The notes: a model not told the origin generated them from the sequence alone. Shown: positions 8,682 through 17,655, counted from the first letter of the stretch. The stretch: DNA of 35,381 nucleotides from an uncultured Fusibacter sp. (GCA_937958285.1 CALFXQ010000355.1:1-35381), one strand, 5' to 3'. Program-made: numbers and translations.

Positions 8682-8728
8682 ACAACTACAAAAGTGCAAA
8701 AGATTAAAACAACTCAGTCCAAAAACCC

Positions 8729-8765
8729 AAAAAAAGCCGCTCTTAAAAAGAGAACGGCTTTTTTT
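8729..8765. terminator. Bidirectional intrinsic terminator
   Basis: AAAAAAGCCGCTCTT...AAGAGAACGGCTTTTTTT between convergent genes. Confidence 0.8.
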
Positions 8766-8795
8766 ATCCTCACACCGACATCACTATAAGAATTC

Positions 8796-9698
8796 TTAAA
8801 ACTGAGGTCGATATTGCTCGATAGTTTTGCCCTTATAAGAGATGGCATTTACAGGGCATTGATGAATACAGCGGGTGCAGAGCATGCACTGTTTGCCAAA
8901 TGTTGCTTTAGAAGCGGCCTTCGCATTCGCTGTTGAATTTGTGTTGCTGGATGCAATTGTTATGTTGGCTTTTGGGCATTGGCGAACACATAGGCCACAG
9001 CTGGTACATGCATCACTCGCTGCGTAGTCCTTGCCCATTCCCTTGGCCATTATGCGAAACACATCTGCCAATAAATCGATGCCAATAAGTCCAAGTGCGC
9101 TCATGGCGGGGCGATTGCTCTGAACCTGTACCTGCTCTTGAACCTGCGCTGCAGTACCAGCTCCTAAAACCGAAGCGAGGTGAGAGGTCACTTGCTCAGG
9201 CATTTTCGACCACAGCGCTCTTTGCTCTTCTAGAGGTGTGGCTGCGTATTTGTCGATATAAAAGTTTCGCGGCATTACATAGGCCTGCTCCCCGACTACG
9301 GCAAAGCCCTTCTTTTTCAACTTTGCACTTAGGCTATGCACGCCGTGGGCATTGTCGATAACAGCAGATGTGCTAAATGTAAGTGCGCGTATGCGCTTAT
9401 TCGCACCCGCCTCGCGGCCCGTAATTTTCGAAAGGGAAGTTCGCAGCCAATGAATGAGTAGATCGGGAACATTGCCGGCGTAAATGGGACCGCCAACAGC
9501 CAAAATATCTACATCTTTTAAATCTGAAGCGAGGTCCTCTTGCCTCTCAAGATAGGCTTCTAAGGAGCGCAGTGCACTTGAGTACCCCATACTTTCAAGA
9601 GAATCGGCATAAGCTTTTGCAACGCCTTTTGTATTACCAGTGCCACTAAAGTAGATAATGAGTGCCTTTTGTTTGTTAATATTTTCGACCTTATGCAT
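8796..9698 (-). CDS. EFR1-family flavodoxin-ferredoxin fusion (N-terminal flavodoxin-like domain, C-terminal 2x[4Fe-4S])
   Basis: YFSGTGNT, GGPIYAG, MPRNF, CTSCGLCVRQCP and CMLCTRCIHQCP. AAGGGGG RBS lies 9 nt before ATG 9698; the start overlaps the marR stop. Confidence 0.88.
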   Translation of the reverse strand: MHKVENINKQKALIIYFSGTGNTKGVAKAYADSLESMGYSSALRSLEAYLERQEDLASDLKDVDILAVGGPIYAGNVPDLLIHWLRTSLSKITGREAGANKRIRALTFSTSAVIDNAHGVHSLSAKLKKKGFAVVGEQAYVMPRNFYIDKYAATPLEEQRALWSKMPEQVTSHLASVLGAGTAAQVQEQVQVQSNRPAMSALGLIGIDLLADVFRIMAKGMGKDYAASDACTSCGLCVRQCPKANITIASSNTNSTANAKAASKATFGKQCMLCTRCIHQCPVNAISYKGKTIEQYRPQF

Positions 9699-10116
9699 GG
9701 CTTGCAACCCCCTTTTCTAACTGAGCGATCATTACACGAAGTGCATCTGAGGTACTTTTTAGCTGTGCTTCATCGATACCATTGACCATTAGGTGGTGTG
9801 TCTTTTGCAAAAAAGCGACGAGTTCGGGTTTTAAGGCACTACCTAGCTCAGTGAGCACAACACTTTTATCGCTGCGCTGCACATATCCTCTCGATACCAG
9901 TTTACCTAGATTTCTGCTCACATTGGCTTTGTCGATTCCCAAGCTCTTGACCAGATTGGCCTGGGTCACAGTACCCTCACTTTGGTAGATCACCATTAAA
10001 ATCTGTAGTTGCCCGCTGCCGAGGCCATAGGCCTTAAGGGCGAGCTCAGTGTATTGCTTGAGTAGCTTGCCAATCATAAAAATTTGATCGGCAATCCATA
10101 TTGAGTCGTTATTCAT
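9691..10116 (-). CDS. MarR family transcriptional regulator
   Basis: YGLGSGQLQIL...TQANLVKSLGIDKANVSRNLGKL..GYV...LTELG winged HTH; AGGAG RBS. Confidence 0.88.
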   Translation of the reverse strand: MNNDSIWIADQIFMIGKLLKQYTELALKAYGLGSGQLQILMVIYQSEGTVTQANLVKSLGIDKANVSRNLGKLVSRGYVQRSDKSVVLTELGSALKPELVAFLQKTHHLMVNGIDEAQLKSTSDALRVMIAQLEKGVASHA

Positions 10117-10158
10117 ATTGGTCTCCTAGGGAAAGGCAGCAGTCGTAATTTTCTTTCC

Positions 10159-10220
10159 TTGTTGTGTACGCAACTTTAAGTTGCTATCATCTTATCACAC
10201 AATTGTTGTGTACGCAACAA
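10159..10220 (-). promoter_or_regulatory. marR operon promoter with two palindromic operators
   Basis: On the minus strand TTGCGT(10217-10212)-17 bp-TAAGAT(10194-10189) with a TGn extension. TTGTTGTGTACGCAAC occurs at 10159-10174 and 10203-10218. Confidence 0.72.
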
Positions 10221-10263
10221 AATATGATTTAAGTTTGCCTACAATTAATACGGCACTTAAAAT

Positions 10264-10313
10264 AAACCCTACAAAATTAGACACACTTGTTTGTGACTAA
10301 AATTGTAGAGTTT
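10264..10313. terminator. Long imperfect hairpin downstream of the CPBP gene, probable terminator
   Basis: aaaccctacaaaattagacaca...tgtgactaaaattgtagagttt imperfect inverted repeat. Confidence 0.45.
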
Positions 10314-10368
10314 ATTTAAAAGGTCGTATTCTTAATACATATACTTTTAGTTTTTTTGGAAGTGAGTA

Positions 10369-11208
10369 CTAATAAATGTGCTTTTTATAGCGTTTGTCAA
10401 TCCAAGCAACAAATACCCACGACATAAGACTAGTTAAGATAGTGAACGGCGTTTTGGGGAATAGTAGAATCACTAAAAAACTCATTGTATTATTTAATGC
10501 ATGCAGCAGAACTGCAAACCAAATGTTGTGAGTTTTCTCGTAAATAAAATTTGTAATGTAATTCATTGCGACAATAGAGGCAGTAAAGCCAATTAGCGAA
10601 GGAAGTAGCACTGCAGCTCCAAGAGGCAAATACATAATTATCATGATTGGGTAATGCCAAAACGCCCAAATTAGCCCACCGCGCCACGCAATATCCCAAA
10701 ACGAGAGACCTTGGGAACGCATTTCAGTGTAGACCACACCACGCCAACCAAACTCTTCTGTGCCACTTGTGACAAAATTGGATATAAAATATAGACCAAC
10801 GGATATGAGTAGTGTCGTGAATGTTGTATTGGCAATATTATGGGATGCCAACAAGCTTATAATAATCACAGGTAGTGATGATACTATTGGAACGAGGAGT
10901 GTTAAGTACCACAGCTTGTTGGAGTCTTCATTTTCTGAAGTCGAACCGACTGATAATTTAACAGAAGAAGACACATTATCTGCTTTTCGAGTAACTAGAT
11001 ACCCTATTAATGGGCCATAGACTGCAAGTGCAAATAGCAACTGAGGAATGCGTTGATTACTAGCCCATGTTTCTGACCAGAGGCTGAAGAGGGTACTATC
11101 CATCACTAAGCTAGTGCCCTGTAGATTGCTCATTAAGTACGCAATAATCCAGCCAAGCCAGGACCATGAAAATGCAATTAGTACATAACGCTTCGTCTTT
11201 TTAGTCAT
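10369..11208 (-). CDS. CPBP (CAAX/Abi) family intramembrane glutamic protease
   Basis: EEFGWRG, WAFWH and HALNN motifs in a multi-TM protein. The start is ATG 11208 (GGAGATG RBS) or GTG 11217. Confidence 0.88.
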   Translation of the reverse strand: MTKKTKRYVLIAFSWSWLGWIIAYLMSNLQGTSLVMDSTLFSLWSETWASNQRIPQLLFALAVYGPLIGYLVTRKADNVSSSVKLSVGSTSENEDSNKLWYLTLLVPIVSSLPVIIISLLASHNIANTTFTTLLISVGLYFISNFVTSGTEEFGWRGVVYTEMRSQGLSFWDIAWRGGLIWAFWHYPIMIIMYLPLGAAVLLPSLIGFTASIVAMNYITNFIYEKTHNIWFAVLLHALNNTMSFLVILLFPKTPFTILTSLMSWVFVAWIDKRYKKHIY

Positions 11209-11410
11209 AGATTTCACATCTCCATATTATTAACTGTGTGAATGTTCAGAATTTATTATACCCTAAAATTTGGGGCACGCTCAAGTGCTATAGTGCAGAT
11301 GTTAAAAATATCTACCATTTTGTTCGGCTTATGGTCACTTATCAGACAATCATCTCTATTGTATTGAATGAGTTGAATAGAAGCTATGTTTATGGATAAA
11401 TATTGAGATA

Positions 11411-11450
11411 TGATGTAGAATTAAATGTATTGATGTAGAATTAAATGTAT
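11411..11450 (+). repeat. Exact 20-bp tandem duplication
   Basis: tgatgtagaattaaatgtat twice. Confidence 0.95.
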
Positions 11451-11489
11451 TACTGTTGCTACTTTGCCACAAATGAGGGGTTAAACACG

Positions 11490-12347
11490 ATGGGAAAGAT
11501 CCTTGTCTATGCAACTAATCACATTACATTTGAGCGAATTAAGAAAAATTTAGTCGGTCATGTAGAAGAAGAACTCGTTTTTATCGACCAGGATCACAAT
11601 AAAAAAACAAGATTATTGCCCCATCTCAAGCAGTGTAATCTTGCATTAGTCGACTTTGATTCAGAGCTAGATGATGCAGTTTTATTTGTACAGACCATTA
11701 GGCAAACCTCAGCAACATCAAAGATTCCAATACTTGGCATGAGTTCGGTGAGCGAGGTGGCTTTTTTGAAGCGCATTATGGATGAAGGATGCAGTGACTT
11801 TATCTTAAAGCCATTTGAAGAAGTTAACTTGGTGATGCGTGTGCAAAAGGGTTTAAATAATCAAATTGTGGTTGATCCAAGTGGATACTTGAAGAACAAT
11901 TCACAAAAGAGCGTAATGCTACAAGAAGAACAGCTGCCCATAGTAGTACCTCTGGAATGGCATTCAGACTTTGAAATTGGGGTGCCCGAGGTAGACGACG
12001 ATCATAAGCGCATTTTGGAGCATTACAAGCAGCTTTATTTGAGCATGCGAGAGGGCAAGGGACTTGGAGACTACGAGGCACATGTCAACTTTCTCATGGC
12101 CTATGTGACCGAGCACTTCGAACGTGAAGAGCGTATTCAAGAGTCGAGCCAATATCCGGGTTTTGAACAACATAAAAAGCTCCATCTGGCATTTACACAG
12201 CGGGTGGCGCGACTGATGCAAGATTTTCAGGGTAAAGAGGTGACGCATAGAGACCTCATTCAGCTCAATTTGTTTATAAAAGAGTGGTTATTGAGGCACA
12301 TTCTCGTGGAAGATCGAAAACTGGGCCACCATATGAGACAGCAATAA
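11490..12347 (+). CDS. Receiver (REC) domain - bacteriohemerythrin fusion protein
   Basis: GAGGGG RBS precedes ATG 11490. REC: LALVD, IPILGMSS, GCSDFILKPF. Hemerythrin: W..DFEIG..VDDDH, HFERE, HKKLH, WLLRHILVED. Confidence 0.85.
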   Translation: MGKILVYATNHITFERIKKNLVGHVEEELVFIDQDHNKKTRLLPHLKQCNLALVDFDSELDDAVLFVQTIRQTSATSKIPILGMSSVSEVAFLKRIMDEGCSDFILKPFEEVNLVMRVQKGLNNQIVVDPSGYLKNNSQKSVMLQEEQLPIVVPLEWHSDFEIGVPEVDDDHKRILEHYKQLYLSMREGKGLGDYEAHVNFLMAYVTEHFEREERIQESSQYPGFEQHKKLHLAFTQRVARLMQDFQGKEVTHRDLIQLNLFIKEWLLRHILVEDRKLGHHMRQQ

Positions 12348-12403
12348 AAAGAGCGCTTTACAGCCGGTGTGATTCACACATGCGACTGTAAGGCGCTTTG
12401 TTT
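12346..12403. terminator. Bidirectional terminator-like hairpin
   Basis: agcgctttacag...gtgtg-att-cacac...ctgtaaggcgct, flanked by A-rich and T-rich tracts, between convergent genes. Confidence 0.65.
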
Positions 12404-12404
12404 G

Positions 12405-13658
12405 TTAAATCGCTGAATCTTTTGGAGGCTTAACCAAGGTAAGCAGATAGCCGCCGATGATAAAAAGAATGACGATGCTCAATACGCCGTATTTTGAGTG
12501 TCCAGTGGCTTGAGAGGTGACGCCCACTAGCACAGGGCCCATAATCGCAGCGAATTTGCCAAAGATGTTGTAGAGGCCGAAGAACTCGTTGGCATTTTCT
12601 TTGGGCACGAGCTTTGCGAAGTAGGAGCGGCTAATTGCTTGTATACCGCCTTGAACCGTACCGACTGCCATGGCGAGCACCCAAAAGTCGAAGGTGGTCT
12701 TTAAGAAGTAAGCGTAGATGCAGATGCCCGTATAGGCGGCGATGGCGACATAGAGCATCACTTTGCCTTTAAAGCGATGGGCGAGCTTACCAAATATTAT
12801 CGCACAAGGGAAGGCCACAAACTGGGTCACAAGCAGGATAATCAACAAGTTATTGGAGGTCACCCCAAGATCTGAGCCGTAAGAGGAGGCCATTTTAATA
12901 ATGGTATCCACGCCATCGATGTAAAAGAAATAGGCAATTAGAAATAAGAAAGCGGATTTGTGTTGTTTTGCGTTTGTCAAAGTGTTGGCAATTCTGGCAA
13001 AGCTCTTTCGAATATACTGAGGCTCTTTTGGTATCCCGTGCACTTGCTTGACGTTTTTTGCAAGGGGCATACTAAAGGCTGCCCACCATATGGCAGTAAT
13101 CATAAAGGCAATTTTGGGGGTAGTGAAACCGCCAAAGGGCAACACGCCTGAATCAGATAGCAAAATGATGGCCAAGGAGATAATAAAGGGAATTGTGCTG
13201 CCAATATACCCTAAGGCGTAGCCCCAAGTGGAAACTTGATCCATGCGCTCATCTTCAGTAACATCGACTAAAAAGGCATCGTAGAAGATATTGCTACCAG
13301 AAAAGCCGATTGTGCCAATAATGTACATCACGAGCATTGGAACCCATTGACTTTCTGGCACGATGCCAAGCAAAAGACAACCTGTAACACCAATGGCCAG
13401 AAAGAACATTAAAAAGCGCTTCTTTAAGCCCATATAATCTGCAATGGTACCCAATATTGGCGCCATCAGCGAGATGATTAAGGTGGCGATAGAATTGGCG
13501 TAGGCCACATAAGCCGTCGACATATGGGCTGCAACACCTGCTTGTGTGGCAGCAGCTTTAAAGTACAAGGGAAAAACTGCAGTGGTTACCGTCATGGTGT
13601 ACGCGGAATTTGCCCAGTCGTACAAAGCCCAACTGCGCTCTAATTTCGTGAGTTTCAT
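12405..13658 (-). CDS. MFS transporter, UMF1/Atg22 (YxiO-like) family
   Basis: SWALYDWANSAY, FYDAFL, GYALGYIGS, FFYIDG, GGIQAISRS and EFFGLY; about 12 TM segments. Confidence 0.88.
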   Translation of the reverse strand: MKLTKLERSWALYDWANSAYTMTVTTAVFPLYFKAAATQAGVAAHMSTAYVAYANSIATLIISLMAPILGTIADYMGLKKRFLMFFLAIGVTGCLLLGIVPESQWVPMLVMYIIGTIGFSGSNIFYDAFLVDVTEDERMDQVSTWGYALGYIGSTIPFIISLAIILLSDSGVLPFGGFTTPKIAFMITAIWWAAFSMPLAKNVKQVHGIPKEPQYIRKSFARIANTLTNAKQHKSAFLFLIAYFFYIDGVDTIIKMASSYGSDLGVTSNNLLIILLVTQFVAFPCAIIFGKLAHRFKGKVMLYVAIAAYTGICIYAYFLKTTFDFWVLAMAVGTVQGGIQAISRSYFAKLVPKENANEFFGLYNIFGKFAAIMGPVLVGVTSQATGHSKYGVLSIVILFIIGGYLLTLVKPPKDSAI

Positions 13659-13689
13659 ATGCCCTCCTCAGAGATACCTACGCGATTGA

Positions 13690-15072
13690 TTACAGGTGTT
13701 TCGTTTGCTTATGCTCGGGTGACAAGGTGCGCTTAAAACTTTCGCCATCTACGTTTAGCAGGCTCCATCCCATTAAATCAGCCAAAGTTGGCGCAATATC
13801 GACTAGGTGCATCTTTGGAATGTCGACGTGGGGCTCGATATAGGGACCTCTTACATAAAAGACGGTATTGTAATCTGCAAGTTCAGGCCTAAAACCATGC
13901 ACGGCTGTAACAGAAGCCCCTTTGTAGTAAGGAATTTGGGCGACGGGTTGAATCCAGGGCTCAATAAGGTCGTCAACAAAATGGTATGGCGGTGTCGCCT
14001 CTAGCATGCACCAGGCCCTAGGATCTGCACCCTTGCTCACAAGTGTATCGTGATCGTAGATTTGAACCTCTGGCATATCGGCAAAAAGGCGCTGAAGATC
14101 TTCTAAGACCTCATCTTTTAGTGCATCGTCAAATCCATAAATGTAACAGGAGCCATCGCAAGATTTGGCGTAGGCTTTAATCTGCGTGAGCTGCACACCC
14201 TCAATTTCTTTAGGTTCCTTGATTTTTCGAAAGCCCAGAAGGTTTTTTTCTTCTATGGGCTCCTCGTTTTCGGTGATGTGCTTTAAATACCCCAAAAGCT
14301 TGAGCTTTTGATTGACGCTGATGCCCTCGGTCACATCTTTAGAACTGTGATCGCCTAGAATGGCCAGATAGGCATGGTTGTATTTTTCGTGGGCGGCCAA
14401 GGCATCTAAGATTTGGGTTAGCCTGACATCATGGCGGTGGAGTGCATCTATGGCCTCGGGACTGTTGTGTCCGTGCAAGTGGCGTATGCTGTCTAAGTCG
14501 GTGAGGTGGACAAGGAGCATGTCGGGTTGGTACTTTTCGATGGTTTCGAGGGTGCATGCGGTGGTGAAGTGATCGAGTGCGGGTTGTTTTTTGCCATCGC
14601 GCAAGTGACCGTGATTTTTTACCATGCCCAGTTGGTACATTGGCGTACCTGCATAGACCGAAACCATCATTTGAGAGGTCCATTTGCGATTGCTAAATAT
14701 TTCGGGCATATTGTAGGCAATTTTACTTCTGCCTGTAGTGGGCCACAAAAGTGCAGCAACGGAATAATCGTTTTGGTGGGCCACATCGTAGAGTGTGGGC
14801 ACCTTTAAATCCTTTTGATACCAGTACCAGTCTGGGCTCTCATAGCGCTGGGGTTCGACTTTCGTATTGTCGACAACGCCATGGCGTATGGGGAAGCAGC
14901 CGGTGATAATGCTGGCATGTGCGGCGTAAGTAATCGATGGGTAGACGGATTGGACTTGTTTAGAGCCGCTGGCTTCACTTAAGAAGCGCTTGAATCCAGG
15001 CATTTCGGATACGTACTCTAAATCTTTGGTAGAAAGGCCGTCGAAGGAGATTATCACTAAGGGTGTTTTCAT
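13690..15072 (-). CDS. Alkaline-phosphatase-superfamily nucleotide pyrophosphatase/phosphodiesterase
   Basis: ISFDG, PSITYAAH..ITG (Thr nucleophile), DLDSIRH, GDH and VHG. No signal peptide. GAGGTG precedes ATG 15072. Confidence 0.87.
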   Translation of the reverse strand: MKTPLVIISFDGLSTKDLEYVSEMPGFKRFLSEASGSKQVQSVYPSITYAAHASIITGCFPIRHGVVDNTKVEPQRYESPDWYWYQKDLKVPTLYDVAHQNDYSVAALLWPTTGRSKIAYNMPEIFSNRKWTSQMMVSVYAGTPMYQLGMVKNHGHLRDGKKQPALDHFTTACTLETIEKYQPDMLLVHLTDLDSIRHLHGHNSPEAIDALHRHDVRLTQILDALAAHEKYNHAYLAILGDHSSKDVTEGISVNQKLKLLGYLKHITENEEPIEEKNLLGFRKIKEPKEIEGVQLTQIKAYAKSCDGSCYIYGFDDALKDEVLEDLQRLFADMPEVQIYDHDTLVSKGADPRAWCMLEATPPYHFVDDLIEPWIQPVAQIPYYKGASVTAVHGFRPELADYNTVFYVRGPYIEPHVDIPKMHLVDIAPTLADLMGWSLLNVDGESFKRTLSPEHKQTKHL

Positions 15073-15183
15073 GGGCACCTCGAGAATAGATTTAATATCA
15101 TACACACTATGATACCATTTTTGATATTTGTTGTGTTTATTCTTCGTTAACTCTTAATGGGCGGGAAGGTCAAGGCGCTTTGC

Positions 15184-15220
15184 AAAAAATTAGGTGACTT
15201 CGATCCACGAAGACCACCCA
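15184..15220 (-). terminator. Intrinsic terminator of the diguanylate cyclase gene
   Basis: Minus strand reads UGGGUGG-UCUUCG-loop-CGAAG-UCACCUA followed by AUUUUUU. Confidence 0.6.
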
Positions 15221-15264
15221 TTAAATCAGAGGATATTGATATCATCCCTTTGATTGTGTTTTGA

Positions 15265-17655
15265 TTACAGGTATTGAAAGAACTTCACATCTTCCTCTAG
15301 AAGGTGATCGACGATAAATTCTTGTATAAAAACGGCGAGTACATCTAGGCCCTTAAGGGACTTATTTTCTAGTGGCACCTCCCAGCCCTTCATTTTAGAT
15401 AATAATTCGTCATGACACTTTTGATGGTGCTTGAGTACCTCTTCTGGGAGACCAATCTGCTCTAGAAGCTGAAGCTCTGTGCTAAAGTGCTCCCTTGTGA
15501 GGGCGAGCAGGGCTTTAAAGCTATCTGTGAGGGCAAGGGGATTGCCGTCGTCTCTAGTGAGACTGATAAGTTCGTCGGAGCGTTTAAATAGCTCGTGATG
15601 CTGGGCATCGATGAGGGCGTTACCCGAATCTAGATTGCTATTCCACTGAAGCTTTAGAAGACTTAATCCCTTTACAAATTCAGCAGCAAAAACCATATTG
15701 CGACCCGAGTGCTTGGCCCGATAGAGGGCGAGGTCGGTGCGCTTGAACCACTCCGAAAAAGGTTCGTGTCGCAGTCTTTGCGCGGCGCCAAAGCTGGCGG
15801 TGGTCACCCCCGACTTGGGATGCTCGTACAGATTGAGTCGACTTCTGATTTTCTCGGCTACGACTAAGGCCCCTGAAAGCTCGGTGTCTAGCATGAGGAT
15901 TGCAAACTCCTCGCCACCCCATCTAATGATTGCATCTGACTGACGAAGGCAGGTTTTGGCTATGCTTGCAGTCTCGATGAGAACGGTGTCGCCCACATCG
16001 TGTCCCCAGGTATCGTTGACGCGCTTGAAAAAATCTAGATCGAATAAGATTAGCGATAGCGGACGATTGAAATCCCCAGTGATTATGGGATCTGCCAGCA
16101 AACCCTCAAGATAATTTCTATTGTATAGACCGGTTAGGGGATCGTGTTCTGCCAATTGGGTGAGGCTAAGTACATTCTCTTTAACCCCCTGGATATTGAT
16201 GAGAATGCCCTCGTACTGCCAACTATCTGTACCTGAGGTAATCTTTGTGAGGCGTATATCCACCCAGAAGGCTTCTCCTAGAGCGTTGATAAGCTCTAGC
16301 TCGAGGGCGTACTGATCGTGGGCTTCAAGCAGAATTTTTGAAATCCAATTGCTGTCATCTGGGTTTTTTAGAACTTGAGTGGGACGATTACCGCTAAATT
16401 CCACAAAGGCCTTTAAGGAATCGCACTTGAACTGGTCTAGAAAGTATGGATTGACATACAAAAAACGACCATCCTTAGATAGGATGAACATACCTACTGA
16501 AACAGAGTGCATCAGCCGTTCGGTCATGAGCTGGATGGTTTGAGCGAGTTCGCCAAACTCATCATGGCGGTCGATGCCAAAAATTTCTTCGTCTTGGAAG
16601 AGGTCCTGCTTGTCTATGCTGGTCTTAAGCTTTTCGAAGGGGTGAACAAATTGTCGACTGACGAAGAGATTGACAATAAAGGCCATAAAAAATGTAGCAC
16701 CAATGGCGATGGCAATAAGGGGTAGAAAATTTGTTGGCCGATAGAGGGCACTCATGCTAAAGAGCGTCGCTACATGCCAATTGGTACCTTGTATGGGCGC
16801 GAGGGCAGCAAACTGATAAGGGCTGTCTTTTACAGGTATTACAGTGGTGGTCCTTGGCGCTTTTAAATAGGTGTCTATTGCCTCTTTATAGGCGGTGTCT
16901 TTAGCGTACTGGTAGAGGGTTTTTGAGGTATCCCCAGAGAGACCAAAGTTGTTTTCGTAAATATTTTCAAAGTCGGAATCCATTTGGATAGCGCCGAACT
17001 CGTTGAAGACAAGGGTTTTTGCCCCATGCTTTTCGTGCTCTTCGAAAATAGCCGAAATCAGAGCGTCGATATTGAGACCCGTGCCTAAGATGCCGATGGT
17101 TCTGTTGGTATTTGGGTCGATTGCCCTGACGTTAATCCAGACCCGCATTCTATTGATGAAGCGGTCCAAATCGATGTTTAATAGATAAGGGTCATAGGCT
17201 TCGATGGTCTTAAAAAACCAAACATCCTTAGGCTCTTTAACGTTTAAGGTACCACTTGGCTTTGTACCTTCAAATTGGTCACCAGGATCGACAAAGTAGA
17301 TGTGCTTTGAGCTGTCAAAGGCAATAAAGAAGTTCTGGTCCTTGTATATGCTGTTGAGCTCTTCGATTTCTTTAAAGGCAAGGCGTTTTAACGTGGGGTT
17401 TGTCTCATTGGCAAGCCATGCCAGCAGTGCGTTTGATTTCGAGGCCTTCAAAGAGAGAGCAATTTCCCTTGAAATCAGCGCTTCAAAGTCTCCGACAAAC
17501 TCGTTTGTATAGAGGCGGGCATAATCTTCGGAAACATGCAAGGTAATTTTCCACATTTCATTGGCCATCATCAACGCCGTTATAAGCAGTGTGGATATTA
17601 CCAAGAGAATCATGACGACTCTAAAGCGGTAGCGCAGACTGTGGTGTTTTTTCAT
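15265..17655 (-). CDS. Diguanylate cyclase: TM-dCache-like-TM-HAMP-PAS-GGDEF-hemerythrin
   Basis: GGAGG RBS precedes ATG 17655. Two TM segments flank a sensor domain (DVWF, GILGTGL); RHDEFGELA (HAMP); PAS; DPLTGLYNR, DLDFFKRVNDTWGH, RQSD I-site and GGEEF; C-terminal IDAQH, HFSTE, HQKCH and HLLEED. Confidence 0.88.
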   Translation of the reverse strand: MKKHHSLRYRFRVVMILLVISTLLITALMMANEMWKITLHVSEDYARLYTNEFVGDFEALISREIALSLKASKSNALLAWLANETNPTLKRLAFKEIEELNSIYKDQNFFIAFDSSKHIYFVDPGDQFEGTKPSGTLNVKEPKDVWFFKTIEAYDPYLLNIDLDRFINRMRVWINVRAIDPNTNRTIGILGTGLNIDALISAIFEEHEKHGAKTLVFNEFGAIQMDSDFENIYENNFGLSGDTSKTLYQYAKDTAYKEAIDTYLKAPRTTTVIPVKDSPYQFAALAPIQGTNWHVATLFSMSALYRPTNFLPLIAIAIGATFFMAFIVNLFVSRQFVHPFEKLKTSIDKQDLFQDEEIFGIDRHDEFGELAQTIQLMTERLMHSVSVGMFILSKDGRFLYVNPYFLDQFKCDSLKAFVEFSGNRPTQVLKNPDDSNWISKILLEAHDQYALELELINALGEAFWVDIRLTKITSGTDSWQYEGILINIQGVKENVLSLTQLAEHDPLTGLYNRNYLEGLLADPIITGDFNRPLSLILFDLDFFKRVNDTWGHDVGDTVLIETASIAKTCLRQSDAIIRWGGEEFAILMLDTELSGALVVAEKIRSRLNLYEHPKSGVTTASFGAAQRLRHEPFSEWFKRTDLALYRAKHSGRNMVFAAEFVKGLSLLKLQWNSNLDSGNALIDAQHHELFKRSDELISLTRDDGNPLALTDSFKALLALTREHFSTELQLLEQIGLPEEVLKHHQKCHDELLSKMKGWEVPLENKSLKGLDVLAVFIQEFIVDHLLEEDVKFFQYL

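Noticed and set aside
11445..11489. Cys-rich N-terminal extension MYYCCYF of REC-Hr
   Set aside because: That ATG lies in the 20-bp duplication and has no RBS; ATG 11490 has GAGGGG.
15154..15255. c-di-GMP or preQ1 riboswitch upstream of PDE-MFS
   Set aside because: I cannot see the GGCAAA/GAAA tetraloop-receptor pattern or the preQ1 stem with A-rich tail; an Rfam scan is needed to exclude it formally.
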